Shown here: positions 28,949 through 32,000 of the stretch, in pieces
How positions within the stretch are numbered: the first letter of the stretch is position 1
How the letters are laid out: every line of letters begins with the position of its first letter
Assembly (NCBI GenBank): GCA_934246625.1
Contig: CAKQHZ010000002.1
Coordinates: 180,001-212,000 of the forward strand
Length of the DNA stretch: 32,000 nt
Direction of reading: 5' to 3'
DNA from: an uncultured Alphaproteobacteria bacterium
GTDB taxonomy: Bacteria > Pseudomonadota > Alphaproteobacteria > Rs-D84 > CACZYB01
The notes under the pieces: model-generated
What the model was told of the DNA's origin: nothing
Database searches by the model: none
The model's input: the letters and a program-made list of their open reading frames with translations, nothing else
Translations under genes and position numbers: made by a program

Positions 28949-29011
28949 AAAGCCTCCTTTAAAATTATAAAATATATTATATTTGTTTTGTTGGATATAG
29001 TCAAGAAAAGC

Positions 29012-29045
29012 ATAAAATAAAACCTCTCGAAAATGAGAGGTTTTT
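29012..29045 (-). terminator. intrinsic terminator after the small nrdD-C ORF
   Basis: AAAACCTCTC (29019-29028), loop GAAAAT, GAGAGGTTTT (29035-29044). Read on the minus strand, the hairpin is followed by ATTTTAT. Confidence 0.7.
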
Positions 29046-29063
29046 AATCAATAAATTTTGTTG

Positions 29064-29264
29064 TTATGCAATCTTTTTATCATAAACACAATTGCAATTC
29101 ATTGAGGATAATGTAGCAGATTCTGTGAAATATTTTCTTTCATAAAATTCTGATTTTTTACCTTTGTTAAAATTAGCAACTGGACGGCAATATCCCATAG
29201 CACGAGTCCAAATTTCACATTTAGTTCTTTTGCTGTTATCTAATTTTTTTTCAAATGTTTCCAT
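29064..29264 (-). CDS. stand-alone glycyl-radical domain of class III RNR (NrdD C-terminal segment as a separate 66-aa protein)
   Basis: TRAMGYCRPVANFNKGKKSEFYERKYF matches the NrdD C-terminal glycyl-radical motif RxxGY...N-GK--E---R (Gly codon at 29193-29195). It has its own strong SD (AAGGAGG, 7 nt upstream of the ATG) and lies 66 nt downstream of the large nrdD stop. Confidence 0.75.
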   Translation of the reverse strand: METFEKKLDNSKRTKCEIWTRAMGYCRPVANFNKGKKSEFYERKYFTESATLSSMNCNCVYDKKIA

Positions 29265-29330
29265 TATATCCTCCTTATGTTTTGTTAATATTATTATATT
29301 CCTTTTTTCTTATGTTATCAATATCAAAAT

Positions 29331-31460
29331 TTAATGGTTTGTTTTTTCTTTTGATATGATTTCTTCATCACAGATTGGACAGTATTCGTGTTCACCTGCG
29401 ATATATCCGTGTTTAGGGCATATTGAAAATGTTGGTGTTATTGTTATGTATGGAACATGATAATTTTCAAATACCTTTTTTATAATTTGTTTTGCAACTT
29501 CGGTGTTGGAAATTCTTTCTGCCATATAAAGGTGAAGAACTGTGCCACCAGTATATTTTGTTTGAAGCGCATCTTGAATATCCAATACTTCGAATGGGTC
29601 ATCTGTATATCCTACAGGAACTTGAGATGAATTTGTGTAGTATGGAGCATCTTTTTTTCCAGCTTGGATAATATCAGGGAAAATTTTTGCATCTTCCTTT
29701 GCAAATCTGTAAGTTGTTCCTTCTGCTGGAGTTGCTTCTAGGTTATAAAGGTTGCCTGTTTCTTCTTGGAATTCAACCATTTTTGCACGAATGTGATCCA
29801 AAAAGTCAGATGCCATTTTTTGACCACGAGCATCTGTGATGTCGTATTCGTCGTTTGTAAAGTTTCTTATCATTTCATTGATACCATTTACACCAATTGT
29901 TGCAAAGTGGTTGCGAAGTGTGCCAAGGTATCTTTTTGTAAATGGATAAAGTCCACCATCGATAAGTTTTTGAATTGTTTTTCTTTTGATTTCCAAACTT
30001 GTTTTTGCAAGTTCCATAAGAGAATCTAATTTATAATATAGTGCTTCTATATTACCCTTATATTTATAACCAAGTCTTGCACAGTTGATTGTTACAACAC
30101 CAATAGAACCTGTTTGTTCAGCAGAGCCAAATAATCCGTTTCCACGTTTTAAAAGTTCACGAACATCAAGGCGAAGACGACAACACATTGAACGAACATC
30201 TGTTGGTTTTAAATCAGAATTCATAAAGTTTTGGAAATATGGAAGACCGTATTTTGCAGTCATTTCGAATAATAGGTCTGCATTTTCACCTTCCCAAATA
30301 AAGTCATTTGTGATGTTGTATGTTGGAATAGGAAATGTAAATGGACGTCCCTTTGCATCACCAGAAGTCATAACTTCAATATATGCTTTGTTTATCATAT
30401 CCATTTCTTTTTGAAGGTCGCCATAGGTAAATTCTTCTATTTCCTTTCCACCGATTTTTGGGTGTTGTGGGGCTAAATCCTTTGGACATACCCAATCGAA
30501 TGTAAAGTTTGTAAATGGAGTTTGGGTTCCCCAACGGCTTGGAACATTAAGATTGTATATAAGTTCTTGCATTTTTTGTTTTACATCTTTGTATGTCATA
30601 TTATCAAGACGAACAAATGGTGCAAGGTATGTATCGACTGATGAAAATGCTTGTGCACCAGCCCATTCATTTTGAAGAGTTCCCATAAAGTTAACCATTT
30701 GACCAACTGCAGATGATAAGTGTTTTGGTGCAATAGATTCAACGTGTCCTGGAACACCATTGAAACCTTCTTCTAATAATGCACGAAGGGACCAACCTGC
30801 ACAATATCCAGATAACATACTTAAATCATGTATGTGAAAGTCGCCATTTCTGTGTGCATCACCAATTTCCTTTGGATATATATATGAAAGCCAGTAGTTT
30901 GCAACAACTTTACCAGAGATATTTAAAATCATACCACCAAGAGAATAGCCTTGGTTTGCATTTTCATTTACACGCCAATCAAGTTGATTAAGGTATTCAG
31001 AGATTGATTTTTCAACATCAATTTTGATTTTTTCAGAATCACGGCTTTGTGCACGTTTTTCACGATATAAGATGTATGCTTTGGCGGTTTCATAAAAATT
31101 TGCATCAATAAGAACTTGTTCAATTATGTCTTGGACTTTTTCAATGAAAACGGCTTGGGTTCCATCATATTTGTGATTTAATACTTTGATTACATTATTT
31201 GTTAATTTTATAATTTGTTCAGGAGAGAAGGGAGTTGTTGCTTCGCCAGCAAGTTTTATGGCATTTTCGATTTTTTCAATATTAAAATCAACAACTTCCC
31301 CATTTCTTTTTACAATTTGTTTGATATTTAATTTTTCAATAGGTGTTAGATTTATGATTTTTTCGTTTTGTTGGTCAGTAGTTTTACACACTTTAGTCTC
31401 TCCTTTTTGATTCGTAAAAATATCATAAATTATTGATTTTTTACTATTTGTTTTTCCCAT
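29331..31460 (-). CDS. nrdD: anaerobic ribonucleoside-triphosphate reductase, large polypeptide (ends after the Zn ribbon)
   Basis: 709 aa. N-terminal ATP-cone (IVKRNGEVVDFNIEKIENAI), class III barrel motifs (finger-loop-like RSMCCRLRLD, GSIGVVTIN), and a C-terminal Zn ribbon CPKH...CPIC. The ORF then stops without an RxxGY glycyl-radical motif. Confidence 0.93.
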   Translation of the reverse strand: MGKTNSKKSIIYDIFTNQKGETKVCKTTDQQNEKIINLTPIEKLNIKQIVKRNGEVVDFNIEKIENAIKLAGEATTPFSPEQIIKLTNNVIKVLNHKYDGTQAVFIEKVQDIIEQVLIDANFYETAKAYILYREKRAQSRDSEKIKIDVEKSISEYLNQLDWRVNENANQGYSLGGMILNISGKVVANYWLSYIYPKEIGDAHRNGDFHIHDLSMLSGYCAGWSLRALLEEGFNGVPGHVESIAPKHLSSAVGQMVNFMGTLQNEWAGAQAFSSVDTYLAPFVRLDNMTYKDVKQKMQELIYNLNVPSRWGTQTPFTNFTFDWVCPKDLAPQHPKIGGKEIEEFTYGDLQKEMDMINKAYIEVMTSGDAKGRPFTFPIPTYNITNDFIWEGENADLLFEMTAKYGLPYFQNFMNSDLKPTDVRSMCCRLRLDVRELLKRGNGLFGSAEQTGSIGVVTINCARLGYKYKGNIEALYYKLDSLMELAKTSLEIKRKTIQKLIDGGLYPFTKRYLGTLRNHFATIGVNGINEMIRNFTNDEYDITDARGQKMASDFLDHIRAKMVEFQEETGNLYNLEATPAEGTTYRFAKEDAKIFPDIIQAGKKDAPYYTNSSQVPVGYTDDPFEVLDIQDALQTKYTGGTVLHLYMAERISNTEVAKQIIKKVFENYHVPYITITPTFSICPKHGYIAGEHEYCPICDEEIISKEKTNH

Positions 31461-31471
31461 TTTCTCTTTAA

Positions 31472-31518
31472 TTACAAGATATAGTATTTTTTTTAATGTT
31501 GCAAACTATATTTTGTGT
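31472..31518 (-). promoter_or_regulatory. two candidate NrdR boxes overlapping the nrdD promoter
   Basis: Read on the plus strand, TTACAAGATATAGTAT (31472-31487) matches the NrdR-box consensus ACACWATATATWGTGT at 12/16 positions, and AAACTATATTTTGTGT (31503-31518) matches at 14/16. The starts are 31 bp apart (three helical turns). The boxes lie 12-58 nt upstream of the nrdD ATG. Confidence 0.45.
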
Positions 31519-31572
31519 TTTTTGTTAAAAAATTTTCTTGACGGTTAAAAATGTAGAAAAATCTTGAATTTA

Positions 31573-31581
31573 TGGTATAAT
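31573..31581 (+). promoter_or_regulatory. candidate extended -10 promoter (TGGTATAAT)
   Basis: A TGnTATAAT match lies about 38 nt upstream of ATG 31619 (SD AAGAGGAGA at 31601-31609). Confidence 0.35.
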
Positions 31582-31618
31582 GATTTTGTAAAGTTATAAA
31601 AAAGAGGAGAAAACTGCG

Positions 31619-32000
31619 ATGAATTGGCTTTATTCTATCATGGGGTTTGTATGTTTTTTAAGTGTTTTTTGGGGTGTTTGGAGTAGCAAATATTTCCTTT
31701 CTAGCCCTAATTTCCAAGGAGTCGGTGGAATCCTTCCTCAAGATATGGCTTATATGATTTTTGCTGTGATTATTCCTATTATTTTATTGTTGTTTGTTGG
31801 GATATTTTTATTTGTGGCGATTTCGAATCATACAAATAAAAATGTTTTGGTAAGTTTGCTTAATGGTAATAAATCACAAATGTCATCACTTCAAATCCTT
31901 TGTAAGTCATTGATAGAAGTAAGAAAACTTGGTTTTACGAATCAATTTTTTCTTAATTTGCCGATTGTTTTGAATGATATTAGTGTTTCTCTTGCTGGAA
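31619..32000 (+). CDS. hypothetical membrane protein, N-terminal part (runs off the right edge)
   Basis: ATG 31619 follows a strong SD, and the frame stays open to the window end. MNWLYSIMGFVCFLSVFWGVW... and MAYMIFAVIIPIILLLFVGIFLFVAI look like TM helices. It is missing from the track because the edge truncates it. Confidence 0.5.
   Translation, partial: MNWLYSIMGFVCFLSVFWGVWSSKYFLSSPNFQGVGGILPQDMAYMIFAVIIPIILLLFVGIFLFVAISNHTNKNVLVSLLNGNKSQMSSLQILCKSLIEVRKLGFTNQFFLNLPIVLNDISVSLAG

Noticed and set aside
31538-31569. TTGACG and TTGAAT hexamers considered as -35 elements for the right-edge gene.
   Set aside because: Their spacings to the TATAAT at 31576-31581 are 32 nt and 6 nt, neither of which is functional. 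The extended -10 (TGGTATAAT) is the only supportable element.

Overview
This is an AT-rich (roughly 30% GC by eye), tightly packed bacterial chromosome segment. The organism is a diderm, since the LPS genes waaA, lptA and lptB are present, and it has an anaerobic signature (class III RNR nrdD/nrdG). I cannot assign a lineage from the sequence alone; the DUF374-waaA pairing is at least compatible with an alphaproteobacterium-like, reduced, host-associated genome.

About 35 genes are supported, mostly housekeeping: ftsK, tatA, a SPOR protein, an MscS-family channel, DUF374 acyltransferase-waaA, obg, a Caps_synth-type glycosyltransferase, lptA-lptB, ligA, rsmE, ftsQ-ftsA, rpe, epmA, rplY, prmC, an arginase-fold enzyme, trxB, nrdG and nrdD. 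I found no rRNA, tRNA, CRISPR array, transposase or integrase.

The most unusual region is 20.95-22.71 kb, between rpe and epmA. It is visibly GC-richer than its surroundings and holds two paralogous, signal-peptide-bearing, very cysteine-rich proteins, one with a eukaryote-like CxxCPxGTY module and one with three C-x-W-x-C-x-x-GY modules. Each gene is preceded by a long non-coding stretch with GC-rich helices, alternative pairings and duplicated anti-Shine-Dalgarno boxes. These are candidate new cis-regulatory or small RNAs.

Other points worth a second look:
- nrdD is split, with its glycyl-radical domain on a separate 66-aa ORF that has its own SD.
- An ABC-exporter-like protein with every ATPase motif degenerate sits where ftsZ would normally follow ftsA.
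- A translationally coupled pair of paralogous secreted coiled-coil / Gly-Ala-Ser-Thr-rich proteins lies downstream of lptB.
- A small overlapping two-gene module of unknown function lies at 3.9-4.6 kb.

All functional calls come from reading motifs in the supplied translations; no database search was run.
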